Positions 49,850-62,756 of a stretch of DNA of 64,000 nucleotides are shown one piece after another (positions within the stretch are counted from its first letter, which is position 1; every line of letters begins with the position of its first letter). Position numbers and translations under genes: made by a program. The notes under the pieces were generated by a model that was given only the letters and a program-made list of their open reading frames with translations, had not been told where the DNA came from and did no database searches. Source of the DNA: Octopus sinensis (lineage: Eukaryota). The stretch spans positions 3,286,001 through 3,350,000 of the forward strand of contig NC_043002.1 in the NCBI RefSeq assembly GCF_006345805.1, in the 5' to 3' direction.

Positions 49850-49990
49850 ATTTCTCGTTTCTCTCCTTGTTTTTTCTGTGTCCCTTTCTGTAGAAGAGCG
49901 TAGGCTCAAAACGTAAAAGACTTTTTCTATTCTTGAGCATTATACTAATACATCTGTTTGTTTTATACACCACCTGTCTTCATCTTTTTT
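49850..49990 (+). mobile_element. Penelope-LTR-like fragment with a degenerate hammerhead-like motif
   Basis: cttt-CTGTAGA-a-gagc-gtag-gctc-AAAAC-GTA-aaag; two core substitutions relative to CTGANGA and GAAA. Confidence 0.4.
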
Positions 49991-49994
49991 TCGT

Positions 49995-50072
<78 letters not shown>

Positions 50073-50099
50073 AAGTATTTCGTGTTAATCGTTTTTATT

Positions 50100-50530
50100 T
50101 TGAGAGTCTGTATTTTTAGTGTAATGTCATTTTCCCATAATTTTTACAAAAATGTTGTTTGTGATGTTTATACATTGAATATGCAAGGTTATGTATGTTA
50201 TAAGCTGACCCCCCATTGTGAAAGGGTCTGTTTACTCTGATGTGAGTATGTTTTTGTGATGTTGAGGGATTTGTGAGCTGGTAGTGGCAATGCTTCCTGT
50301 ATTATTGTTATGTGAATGTTGTAAGTGAAATATGAAAATCATGTAATTGCTTTTTTTTTATGTTGTTAGGGTTGTATTTCAGAATTTTTAGTTTTTTTAA
50401 TAATAATTTTTATAGAGTATATTTCTGTGTTTCTTGTTAAATATATCCTGGATAGGATAAGAGCATATTTTTAAAATGAGGTATGAAAATGCTATTGTGA
50501 ATGGTTATTAGAATTAAATTGTTTGGTAAC
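50100..50530 (-). mobile_element. Possible decayed Penelope RT fragment
   Basis: Minus frame TMGGQL preceded by KQT, resembling PLE motif Q..G..MG..L; heavily degraded. Confidence 0.35.
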
Positions 50531-50710
50531 GGAACTTTCCAGCTGGCAAACCTCACCAGTTTCCGAGACAGATCACATTTCCGTATGACCAGACATGTTT
50601 TTCATGGAAGACTGGAAACAGACAACAATGCTTGTAGGATGATAGCACTCATTTAAAATGATCACATGTCAAGACAAGGACACACACACATAAACACATA
50701 TATGCTTGTA

Positions 50711-50743
<33 letters not shown>

Positions 50744-51599
50744 GCATACATGTACACACACACACATACATGATATGTTTCTCTCAGTTTCCATCTACAA
50801 AATCAGCCGTTACTTTTAAACAGAACCACCTTTGTTTAAAGATTTGATCTTCAATGCATGAGTATTACTGAAGGCAATTATTATAGGTGCATATTTGGGT
50901 TCTCAAGCACATGGTCCCGGGTTCAGTCCCATTGCGTGGCCCCTTGGGCAAGCGTCTTTGAACTATAGTCTCAGGCCAACCAAAGCCAGTGTTTTCATGC
51001 ATTAAACCATCAGGTTCATGTCGTGGTGGTGACAGTTATGTTTTACAATGTATAATGAAGAAATAAATGGGATTATTGTCCCCATTAAACAGCACAACTA
51101 ATTAGCGCCCTAAAAAGTGTCAGGGATATAAAGTGTCAAGAAGGAGAGAACAAATTTCAAAGGTCAGTGTTCATATTTACTCGGCATATTTCAAAGCATC
51201 GGAATACCTCACAGCATACATAGGTACATTCATAGATACATGATACGATATATAGATATATAAATACATATAATTAAATAACTGTAGTTGTGAGGTTGTA
51301 TGTCAGTATTAAAATCAATGAGGATATTAAAATATGCTTTTGGTGAATGTATAGTGTTAACCCAAAAAGATGAAAATGTTGGTATAAAATGATTTTAAGA
51401 AGAATCTTCAGCAGGTACAAAGTCTGACGGCCGTTTTGAGAAAATATAGGTTGGCGAGTTAATTCCAACCATAACAATCCTCTACATTTCTCTCATCAGG
51501 GTTAATCTAAAAATTTTAAGCAATGTGAGAAATTTTAGAATTTTAAAAATTTGGATGCTATGTCGGAACATACTGTTCAGGTGGATGATAAGACAAGAG

Positions 51600-52200
51600 C
51601 TAAATTTACATGTTTAAATAGGTTATGAAGCTATTTGATAATAGTGTTTTAGGATGAATCCAAAATGCAGAAAGGGTAAATAGGTTAAAATCATATAAAC
51701 TAATTATTTTGGGGGGAAAAAAATTTAAAAGTTGATAAATATTTATGTCTACAAAGAATAATGACATCCGAGGTCTTATTAAATAAAACTTTTTTGTCAG
51801 CACAGAGTATATTGATCGCTTCTTTTGTGCATAATTTACAATTTCTGGTGTGTGTATTGTATGGTGTCGTTTCCATTATAATAGACCAATCCAGACTGAA
51901 TTCTTTATTAGGTATTTTTAATTTATTAATGTGGGGAGCTGGTGCGGTAGAGCTTTTTGTTTTTTGATCCATAATCTCTTCATGAACCAATATTCCAAAT
52001 GAACCAACCAGCTGACACCTTCCCACATCACTGTGAACTCAACTAAAACACAAACTTCACTCTGACTGCTACTATTTATAATCTCGCGGTCCAGTCTATT
52101 TATTGCAAGGGGGTGTCATGGCTCTCATCACAACACTCATGAGCATCCATCTTTTCTTTTAGGCAAAATATACTTCTGGTTTATATTATCTGCTGTGTCT
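51600..52200 (-). mobile_element. Penelope-like element, GIY-YIG endonuclease C-terminus
   Basis: ORF 51700-52026: INKLKIPNKEFSLDWSIIMETTPYNTHTRNCKLCTKEAINILCADKKVLFNKTSDVIILCRHK matches the PLE pattern I.W.I....PY.....C.LC..E...I......LNK.SE....CRHK. Confidence 0.8.
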
Positions 52201-52430
52201 CTTTTTAAGGCTGTCGGGTGTGATTTAAAGAGGATTGGCTGCTATTTCTAGCAGGTGAAGCTCCGTTATTAATTTACATTAAGACTTGTTACATGGCTCA
52301 GCCTTCAGAGCAGGATAAAAGTTGTGACGTTTGGTATTCATTTCTATGGAAATGGGGAAAGATGATCTTCTAATTGAAAGCCTTTATTTACATATTTTGT
52401 TGGGTTTTGGAGGAGATTTAGGAATTCTAT

Positions 52431-52654
52431 TTAACCCTTTGGCATTGAAACCAGCCAAATCTGGCCCAAATATTCCCTGTTTTCTGTCCAAACTGGCCAG
52501 ATCCACTCCTCACACTTATCCTACAATGTCATTATAAAAATAAATGACCACATCGTTGAAAGTTCAAAGCTATGAGATAATGCAGAGCTAATGGAAAACA
52601 ATGGGAATCGATAAAGCATTCCATTTGGCAGTAATTTGAATGCTAAACGGTTAA
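52431..52654. mobile_element. piggyBac-type MITE (second family; fragments also at about 54780-54930 and 62210-62430)
   Basis: TTAA-ccctttggcattgaaacc...gaatgctaaacgg-TTAA. Confidence 0.75.
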
Positions 52655-52849
52655 AACAAATCAGCTGAGAAATGTAATATTGGACATTCAGGTGTTGTGA
52701 GTAGAGTAATATAAAGTGTGAATTCTCATTGGTCTTCATGATGATTCTGGTAATTACTCTCTTTGGGTTTTGGTCATCAGCTTTTTATGTTGGATGGTTT
52801 GTTATGGTTCAAGCTGGTTTTTATTCCAAGTTATTCTCTTTTGATGCAG

Positions 52850-52909
52850 ACTGGAAGATCACATCTCACTGGGTGGGAAGCAGAAAAAAATCTTCAATGC
52901 AGTCGTTTG
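52850..52909 (+). CDS. Candidate 60-nt exon (phase 1/1 DWKITSHWVGSRKKSSMQSF), or the end of a first exon opening at about 52738
   Basis: ttctcttttgatgcAG| and TTTG|GTAAAT. The same frame is open upstream as the hydrophobic MMILVITLFGFWSSAFYVGWFVMV. Confidence 0.3.
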
Positions 52910-53644
52910 GTAAATTTATTTAATGTCAGGTCTGGGACTGGAGAATCTTTTGAACCTAACCTCAACAAACAGTTTTGGTTATTTAAGCATTTTCACAATC
53001 TACAATGCAGTCTTTTAAACTGTACTTGTTGCTTACCAAAATATACAAAACATGAAAGTCAAGGAAAATGTGGAGCACTAAATGGCAGTGGTACCCAGCC
53101 AATAGTTTATAGAAACAACAGGAACAACATTGTTCCGATGACTTTTGAAGCTCATTTCTCTTCTATCATAACTTTGCTATCATGTTTGTGTTGGTTGCAC
53201 ACAGACGGGCACAAACATAGACCCCACCCCACCCCACAAACACACTTAACTTGTATTCCTCACCCCTTATCCACCCTTCCCTGCCTTCCCACCCACTCTT
53301 TATTCTGTTCCCATTCTCTTCTATATTCACCTTGTACCCTGAGGCCACCTTGACACCACATCACCTCTATTTTTATTTCTTTCGGCTCCACTGCAATACC
53401 TTAACCCTCTCCACACATTAAACAGCGATGATGGATCTAAATTGATGCATCATTTACACCTGTATGCTCACCCCCATCCAGGTGCACATGCATGCAGGCA
53501 CAGGCACACACACACAGGTGACACAGTTGGCACTCAGTTTCTTGTCTACCTGCATGGTATTGGCCTACCTGAAGCTAGAGTGGAAAATAGAGTTACAAAC
53601 TAAACCATTTACCCATGCGGCTCTTCCTGCACTCATCTCCATAG

Positions 53645-54135
53645 ATTATATTTATTTCTTTATTGCCCACAGGGGGCTAAACATAGAAGGGACAAACAAG
53701 GACAGACAAAGGGATTAAGTCGATTACATCAACCCCAGTGCGTAACTGGTACTTATTTAATTGACCTCCAAAATGATGAAAGGCAAAGTCAACGTCGGCG
53801 GAATTTGAACTCAGAATGTAACAACAGACAAAATACCGCTAAGCATTTCACCTGGTGTGCAACCGATTCTGCCAGCTTGCTGCCTTTATAATCTCTGTAG
53901 ATTATAGTGGAACAGACTTTACTAGGTTTAAGGCAGCCGGGTGGTAGAATGGTTAGCATGCCAGGCAAAACACTCAGCAGCATTTCATCTGTTTTTACGT
54001 TCTGAGTTCAAATGCTGTGAGGGTTGACTTTGCCTTTTCTTCTTTCAGGGTCGATAAAATAAGTACCTGTTATACACTGGGGTTAATGTAAGCAATTGAC
54101 CCTGAAATTGCTGGCCTTGTGTCAAAATTCAAACC
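53645..54135. mobile_element. Head-to-head pair of family B SINEs
   Basis: Minus 53645-53888 and plus 53930-54135, about 40 bp apart. Confidence 0.85.
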
Positions 54136-55654
54136 CAATATCCTTTACTCAGTTTTTTGTTTGTATTCCAGGTTCCTATTTCCATGCATGGTTAATAGAG
54201 AGAAGAGTATCATAACATTTATATTCCAACATTTTCAATGTCATGTTTGGATTCTGGAAATCTCCAAAGCCCGTTCTAACATCATAACTGTTCTTCAATG
54301 TTCTCTAACTGAACATTTAAGGTGGCTACAAATGCTGCCCCTTCCCCCGTCCTTCAGATCAACTAAAGCCACGGAAAGATATGTGTTTGTGTACACTCTT
54401 GTCTTGACATCCTGTAGTGGTGGTAAATGAGCATCACTGTTATACAAGCGAGGTTGTTTGTTTCCGTTCTTTTGGGACCCACCTGCTTGGCTAACAGATG
54501 GGAGATGGCAACAAGATGGTCATCTCTGGTTGTAGAAAATTTGCCTCAGTAAAATCCATCCGACTCATGCAATCAGGGGTAAACTGGATGTTTAAACAAT
54601 GATGATGATGATAATATTTGAAATTCATCAAGACTTAATCACTCTCAATGTAGTGAAAAGATTTTCTAAAAATGGTTTCCTGTAAAGTTCCAGTGTTTAC
54701 TTAGTAATGGTTAATATGAAAACCCATTTGGCATTCGGATTACTCTGTCAAATGTAATCCTTGTCTAGTCAAATTGTTTTGAAGTAATCAAAGATTATCT
54801 CATTACTTCAAGATTTTGATGATGTTATTGTTTATTTTCAGTATGACATTATAGGGTTTGTGGGAGAGGCCAGACCTGGCCAGTTAGAACATAAATTAGA
54901 ATACATTAGCCAGATCTGGCTGCTTTAAGTGCTAAAGAGTTGTATGAACCCAAAACAGCCACCTCTTGATTTCTCTCAGACTGTTCTCTCTTTATAGTTA
55001 ACATGTGTCATCTCAGTATATGGTCTGACTCCTCCCCATCTCTCATCTCAAACTTGCAAAGATGGCTGCCTTCTCAGCCTCATTTTTTTTTGTACTTTAC
55101 GTTACTTACACCCTCTCCTTCTCTTCAAATTTTTCATACTTCCATTTTTTTTTTTTTTTTCACAATTTAGAACTTTATTTATTTTAAGCCAGTTCTTTGA
55201 TATCACTGAAATCTTTTTAGAATAATATTTTCCTCTCCTTCTCTTTTCTTCCTACTTCTCTCTCTACCAACTTGTTGTTCACTTGTCCTCCTTCTTACAA
55301 GCTCCTAATTTGGCGATAACTCCTATCTTATTCAACCTGATAGTCTTTTGATATTTTTAGTAGATTTTCTCTTTTGCTAATTAACCTAAATTGTGTTCGT
55401 TCTCCATTTACTTTGGTAAAGCCTGCAACTTGCACTGGTTTATGCCAGATTACTTGCAGTTGTTATTTATGGCAATTGAAATCAATCTCTCCGTCACAAC
55501 AACTTTCTGCTACTCATTACTTAATAATCTTTGTTTACTGTTCATCTCATACACACTGGCTGAACACAGATGAACAGTCTACCATTCGTCTACTTATTCA
55601 TTTACTTGTGTTTCTCTCCGTTCTTCTTCCTCGCTCTCTTTTTGCCTTACTCTC

Positions 55655-55862
55655 TTTACTCTTTTACTTGTTTCAGTCATTTGACTGCGGCCATGCTGGA
55701 GCACCACCTTTAGTCGAGCAAATCGACCCCGGGACTTATTCTTTGTTAGCCCAGTACTTATTCTATCGGTCTCTTTTGCCGAACCGCTAAGTGACGGGGA
55801 CGTAAACACACCAGCATCGGTTGTCAAGCAATGCTAGGGGGACAAACACTGACACTCAAACA

Positions 55863-55899
<37 letters not shown>

Positions 55900-56058
55900 C
55901 AGGCTTCTTTCAGTTTCCGTCTACCAAATCCACTCACAAGGCATTGGTCGGCCCGGGGCTATAGCAGAAGACACTTGCCCAAGATGCCACGCAGTGGGAC
56001 TGAACCCGGAACCATGTGGTTGGTAAGCAAGCTACTTACCACACAGCCACTCCTGCGC
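55655..56058 (-). mobile_element. Family A SINE, full length and young
   Basis: Near-identical to the reverse complement of 31498-31898. Confidence 0.9.
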
Positions 56059-56296
56059 CTTGCAAATATTAAATTAATTATCGTTTGTTATTGTAGGAAA
56101 ACTGTGCTGACAGTTTTGCAAATGAATAAATCTGCAGGTCTGTCTAGGTTCACAGGTTTGGTAAAATCACAAAACTGGTGAAAGACTTGCCTTTGTGTGA
56201 AATGCTATTGTCGTGTGACATTTTCATTTTAACATGGAATAAAACTGTTAATTTATCGAGATAGTTGCAAATATCTCTAAACCTTGTATGGGTTTA

Positions 56297-56618
56297 TCAT
56301 CATCATTTAGCGTCCGCTTTCCATGCTAGCATGGGTTGGACGGTTCAACTGGGGTCTGTGAAGCTGGAAGGCTTCGTCAGGCCCAGTCAGATCTGGCAGT
56401 GTTTCTACGGCTGGATGCCCTTCCTAACGCCAACCACTCCGTGAGTGTAGTGGGTGCTTTTTACGTGCCACCCGCACAGGTGCCAGACAGAGCTGGCACA
56501 ACGGCCACGAACGGATGGTGCTTTTACGTGTCACTGGCACGGGGCCAGGCGATGCTGGCAACGGCCACGAACGGATGGTGCTTTTACGTGTCACCGGCAC
56601 GGGGGCCAGGCGAAGCTG
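56297..56618 (-). mobile_element. Family C with an internal ~60-bp tandem duplication
   Basis: caacggccacgaacggatggtgcttttacgtgtca occurs twice. Confidence 0.85.
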
Positions 56619-57129
56619 ATTAGTGTAAAACTATTTAGGGATTTAACTGAAGAAGCAAAATTAAATTTAGTGAGTTTTTTTTATCAAGTCTTTGACATAT
56701 TTTTGAATTCATATGATGAATAACGATAAACCAACACTGATAGAGTTTTATCATTTATTTAATGATCCCCCCCTCGTGTTTTTTTCTTCTTTCTTTTTAG
56801 CACAAAAAAAAAATCAATTATTCTCTTTGTTTACTCAGCATTTCATAAATTTGATAAGATTAAATATTAGGTCTGTAGATATTTCCCTGATGGTGCTGCA
56901 TGTGATAGCTCTTTCAGTAAATGTCAATTTTTCACTGTCAATTGGAAATTGTCTTTTTTTTCTCTCTTTTGTTTGTACGTGAGGATGATGATGATGATGA
57001 GCCTTCTCCTCCTCCTCTTCATCATCATCACTGTTGTCATCACCATCATCATCGTTGTCATCAAGCCTAGCTTTGATTAAAATGCTTCAGTTTCTCAATC
57101 TTTTTTTCTCAATAGTTTCCACCCACCCA

Positions 57130-57680
57130 TCCATCCATCTTCTCCACCCACTTTTCTTGGGAAGGTCATGGCAGGTAGACTCCTCAGGCACCTCCTCCAT
57201 TTGGTCCAATCAGAAGCAGCTGTCATGAGACTTTCTGGCTGGATTCCAAAGTGTGACCAAATGAGGCTATGGCTGTCATCCAACCAACATGGTCTTGCAC
57301 TACTCTGCAGGCCTCCCACCATTTTGGCTCAGCTTCAAGAATCTGTCTTTTGATTCCTTTCTTGCAGCATTTTAATCCCCTGTCCACAGTCCTGGAGCTT
57401 TGACCTCTCAATGCAGAGAAGTGGGGGCTTCACTTGGGGAGGCTCTCTCATCTCTGAGTAACGCAGCCTCTCAAATAATAATATCACTCCAGAGATCCTT
57501 GGTAGGAACCCCATTTTGGCTGCTTCTGTTATTGCTGATCCATACTCTTTCGATCATTACCTGACGTGATCTGTGTTTTTTTGCTTTTGGCCTTACATTA
57601 CCAGGAATGTCATCTGCCAACCATGTGTCTAGTGTCCAAAACAGAACTGAATGTTGCAAAGCAATAAACAGGACACATGG
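57130..57680 (-). mobile_element. RTE (REX3/Expander-like) LINE remnant
   Basis: Minus ORF ARPCWLDDSHSLIWSHFGIQPESLMTAASDWTKWRRCLRSLP resembles GRPRTRW.D....LAW..LGI.PE.L...A.DR..W...L..LP. Confidence 0.6.
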
Positions 57681-57701
57681 GGCATTAGAATAATATATAT
57701 G

Positions 57702-58255
57702 GAAGAGCATGGCTGAGTGGGAAGAAGTTTGCTCCCCAACCACAAGGTTTTGGGTTCAGGTTCAGTGTACGACTGGAAACATTTGGGCAAGTGTTTTTAC
57801 TATTGCCCCTTGGCCAACCAAAACCTTGTGAGTGGATTTGGTAGACAGAAACTGAAAGAAGCTCACTGTGTGTGTGTGTTCTTTTATTCTTTTACTTGTT
57901 TCAGTCATTTAACTGTGGCCATGCTGGGGCACCACCTTTTAGTCAAACAAATCGACCCCAGATCTTATTCTTTATAAGCCTAGTACTTATTCTATCGATC
58001 TCTTTTGTTGAACTGCTAAGTTACAGGGACATAAACACACCAACATTAGTTGTCAAGCGATGGTGGGGACAAACACGGAAACACAAATACATACATAGAT
58101 ATATATATATGATGGGCTTCTTTCAGTTTCCATCTACCAAATCTACTCACAAGGCTTTGGTCAGCCCAAGGCTATAGAAGAAGACACTTGCCCAAGGTGC
58201 CACACAACCCAGAACCACGTGGTTGGGAAGCAAGCTACTTACCTCACAGCTACTC
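57702..58255. mobile_element. Adjacent inverted family A SINEs
   Basis: Plus 5' half 57702-57870; minus full copy 57880-58255. Confidence 0.8.
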
Positions 58256-59653
58256 TTATATTTATATATTGCATGTGTGTGTGTGTGTGTGTGTATATAT
58301 GTGAGATGTTTACACCTACATATATTTATGTGTGTGTGTTAATTTCTCCTTGTGTGATAGTTGTAAACAAGCTTCATAGAAAATAAATCACACAGTGAGT
58401 ACGACAATCTTCTGTGGAAACCTGTCTGGCCATTGGGAATATATCACCTTCTTTGGAAACGGGCAAGGGTTGGTGACAGGGAGGGTGTCCAGCTGTCGAA
58501 AATTTGCCTCAATAAACTCCATTCAATCCTTGTAAACATGGAAAAGTGGACATTAAGATGCTAACGACGCATTAAAATAATATGCAAATAGCGGTGCATT
58601 TAATTGCACCATTTGGATGTTATTTTACTTCATCATCATCGTCGAAAAAAGCCAATTTGTCTCAGAGAATTTGAATGCAGAAGGATACAATGAAAGATGT
58701 TACGGTGGCTGTTTTAGCCTATTTACCATTCTAATAGATTAATAAATATTTACAGAATTTGCAATATTCCCTGTTGTGGTTTGATTAATGACAGAATTGG
58801 TTTCAGTGGAATTCATGCTGAGATGCAAGCATGGCTGTGTGATTAAGTTCATTTCCTAACTGTATGGTTTCAGGTTCAATCCCAAGTGTTTTCCACCATA
58901 GCCCCAGGCCAACCAAAGCTGTGTGAGTAGATTTGGTTGAGGAAAACTGAAAGAAGCCTCTCGTGTGTGTGTGTGTGTGTGTTTGCATTACTGTCTCCTT
59001 ACCTTGACATTTTGTGAAAGTTGTAAGCGAGCTTCACCATCTTGCACGTAGAGTCTTCGTTTCCAGTCTTGTGTGAAAACATAGTCATGGAGAAATATTA
59101 CCTTTCCTGGAAACAGGTAAAGATTGGCAAAAGGACCCTAGAAAATCTGCTTCAATGAAATTCTGTCCAAGCCATGCAAGCCTGGACATGTGGGTGTCGA
59201 AATGATGGGCATTTTATGTTTAGTCCTCACAGTGTTCAGAGATTCTCACTTATCTCTATACTTGGACTGTTTCTGTATCTTCTGCATCTTTGAATTATTC
59301 TCTCCCTGACCCCTCATTTTATTAGATTCATCCATTCTGTCCCTTTCATTTTCTCTCATTACGTGACCTGGATCTGGAGAGTGATTAGGTTCTCTCTGGA
59401 GACCAATATCTCATGTTGTCGTTCTGTATTCACTCACAATTCCAGTATGGATTTACCATTCAGAAGAATCAATACCAATTCCATTTGTTATTCCTTTTTA
59501 TTATTAAACACTGAGAGACAGTGAGTCAGCAGAATCATTGGTACTTTGGACAAATGCTTAATGGCATTAGTGGTCTGGGAATTGAGCCGATGATCAGGCA
59601 CTTGTCAATGCAACACCCTAATTCCTGGGAAGAAGACAAACAAAATCTAAAAT

Positions 59654-59961
59654 ACATTATTCACATTATTTACATTTGATGAATATTTGTCCTCATCTTG
59701 TTTGTTGTTAATACAATGTTTCAGCTGATATACCCTCTAGCCTTCATCAGGTGTCTTGGGGAAATTTTGAACTGGGGTTCTCATTCCTAAGGTATTTTTC
59801 GATGTTGTTGTTATTATTTCCCCAAGACACCTGATGAAGGCTGGAGGGTATATCAGCTGAAATGTTGTGTTAACAACAAATAAGATGAGGACAAATATCC
59901 ATCAAATGTAAATAATGTAAATAAATGTACATAATTCCTCATCTCTTAAATATAGAACTGT
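59654..59961. mobile_element. Penelope-LTR-derived inverted repeat with hammerhead-like cores and a 12-bp TSD
   Basis: Arms about 59657-59760 and 59820-59925; plus-strand CTGATGA at 59831-59837 and GAAA at 59859-59862; flanked by aaaatctaaaat at 59642-59653 and 59962-59973. Confidence 0.75.
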
Positions 59962-60504
59962 AAAATCTAAAATGTTATTAACAAAGTCTTGGTTGAATAT
60001 TAAATATTTCCTTCAATATCTAGCTAGAAAAAAAAAAAGAAAAGAAATTGTATGAGTAGGGGCAGGCCTGGCTGTGTGGTAAGAAGCTTGCTTCCCAACC
60101 ATACGGTCCCAGGTTCAGTCTCACCTTTGGCAAGCATATTCTACTAGAGCCTCTGACAGACCAAAACCTTTCAGAGTTGATGCTTAAACTTGAAAATATG
60201 TGAACCTTTCTTGAAAGTTTGGATGATTCTTCAACTGCTTGGAATTTATGTAATTGGTAAATAGATATCAGCCGAAGGAAATTAGTTGGTCTTTGATAAA
60301 CATTGGAATCAGAATATAATGTTCTCTCTGTTCTCCCTCAAATATACAAGTACTGTGTAGAGGATTTGAGCTGGTGGTGGTTGTAGAAGTATTCTTCTGA
60401 ATGTCTTAGACTCATTCCTGCCATTTTCGGATAAATGTTGTCTTTTACTTTGTTTTTGTCTTTTGATCTGCAAGATTCTTGATGTGAATTTGTGTGTTGA
60501 AACA

Positions 60505-60815
60505 AATCTTGTCTTGGGAGGGTCATTACACCCAATAATTATAAACACACACACACTGGTTCAATTCCACTTCTTTATTGTCTGTCAATCGGATAAAATC
60601 CAAACGACTAACTAATCAATCTTTGATTAATGTGCTGGTTAAATAATTAATCTCAAGATGGTATGTTATTGATGAGGTTGTAAATAACAGCAAAAGGATT
60701 TGACAAACAAACGATTGATTGGTTAGTTGGTTAGATATTTAACCAATTGACTAACTAAAGAAATGATATTGTGTGTGTGTGTTCATAATATTTGGTGTAA
60801 TGACCCTCCCAAGAC
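60505..60815. repeat. ~45-bp inverted repeat pair, ~215 bp apart
   Basis: gtcttgggagggtcattacacccaataattataaacacacac and gtgtgtgttcataatatttggtgtaatgaccctcccaagac. Confidence 0.7.
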
Positions 60816-61549
60816 ACAACAAGAAGTGTTGTGCTTTAGGTATGGAAATGTACAGATAGCTGTTGCAAGTATTTTTACCATTAAATGTCTTTTGTACTAC
60901 TAATCACTCGGTCATGATGTATGAGTAATAGCAGTTATGTAGCTAGAGAAAACTGAAATAAGCTGGGTAATGTACTTTGGGCTAAGGTAAAGCAACTCAA
61001 TTAATCAATTACTTAGAATTGATTAACGGTCAAACCATAGAAAGTCATCTATTGGAATCATTCAGTTCTGATTAGTCCATTTTGCAAGCAGCAGAGAGAA
61101 CAAATAAGCAGCCTGTTGGTAGTCATTTATTGGCAAATATCTATTGAAACTTGTTGAAATCAATTCTAACAAAACCTGTTTAAATTAGAACAAAACCTGT
61201 TTCAAAGGTTAGGATGGCGTTACCATTAAAATGGCGAGTCTTGTATTATATGGAAGGAATACTCTCAAAACATGAATTAGACTTGTGATTTTGAAATAGA
61301 AAATAGGAATTGTTTTATTAAAAGAAATTAAGTGCCAAGGGAAGGATTGAAGCTGCTTCTATTGTGGGAACAGCTTTGAGTTAACAACATCTTAAATCTG
61401 TTCGCAAAGTGCTTCACAAATCCATAAAAATGTTCTTAAATTCAACACAAAATTTGAGTAGGCATTGGTTAAACCCTTGAATAGTTGTTTAAAAACAAAA
61501 AATTTCAAACTGTCTAAACAGCAATCTCCTCGTTATTATTCCTGTGGCA

Positions 61550-61797
61550 TATGAAAAGCACCATTTGAGTGTGGCCGATGCCAGTGTCACCTGACTGGCT
61601 CCTGTTTTGGTGGCACGTAAAAAGCATCCACTACACTCTCCGAGTGGTTGGCATTAGGAAGGGCATCCAGCTGTAGAAACCTTACCAGATCAGATTGAAA
61701 CCTGGTGCAGTCTACCAGCTTGTCAGTCTTCAGTCAAACCGTCCAATCCATGCCAGCATAGAAAGCAGACGTTAAATGATGATGATGATGATGATAC
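61550..61797 (+). mobile_element. Family C
   Basis: aagcaccatttgagtgtggccg...gacgttaaat(gat)n. Confidence 0.8.
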
Positions 61798-62756
61798 TTG
61801 CTGTTCTTGATTGCATACAGCTTCTGGCATTGTTAAGAAGTACTAACATGCTGCTTCTTCTTCTTCTTCTTCAGTGATCTTTTTGGCAGTTATAGATTAA
61901 GTCTTTTGATACCAACCTGTTGGCACTGCCCTGCCTCTAGGATACAAACATCCTCCTTAAAGAGATCTGAATTAAAACTTTGCCTCAAAATTTCTTGTTC
62001 CAAACAATAATGGTTATTTTGATAAATTCTTCATTATTTTCAAAATTCATTTAAGCAAAGACAATATCTCTCCTGCTTGGCACCAAAATCTGTGGTAAGA
62101 AGCACTTAGAAACGACAAGGAAAATAGAATTGTTTTTTCTTTCTGTGTATGATAATCCCTTTTGCCATTTGTGCATAGAACCATAGTTTTCCATGAGAAT
62201 CTCTGACTTGACCCTTTACCATTCATGTTTATTCTGCCAAAAGCAATGCTTCTTTATTCACATTGTTTTGAATTAATCATGCTTTTATCTCATAGCTTTG
62301 AGATTTAATAAAATAAATTATGAATCTTTAGAATATAGGGTTGGTGTGAGAGGCCAGATCTGGCCAGTTGGAACATAAAACGGGTGGAATATTTTGGCTG
62401 GATTTGGCCGGATTAAATGCAAAAAGGTTAATCTCACCAGTGAAAGATTTTGGGATTTGGTTTCATAGTAAAGATTCCAGCTAAGCAAGAGCTTTGACTT
62501 TTGTTCCTTGGTAAAATATGTTAACAATTCTCATAAATGATATATAAATTACAGTTTAATGAAAAGGTTATGAAATGCATAAGATTTAATCCTGTGCTTC
62601 CTGCTAGCTAAATTTTACCAAAAGCTGTCAAACAAGGCACTTAAAAACTTGCTTCTTCATATCTCTTGAGTTTTACAACTGGACAGTTTTGTTAGTTAGA
62701 GAATGACTATTTTTAAATCTCACAACGAGAGATATTCAGCAACAGTACTTTGGAGT

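Noticed and set aside
51440-51500. CTGATGA on the minus strand downstream of the Penelope endonuclease
   Set aside because: No matching GAAA at the base of stem II; too degraded to call a hammerhead.
52763-53353. Longest ORF (196 aa)
   Set aside because: No recognisable domain; it runs into low-complexity C-rich sequence. Only the 60-nt exon candidate in another frame was kept.
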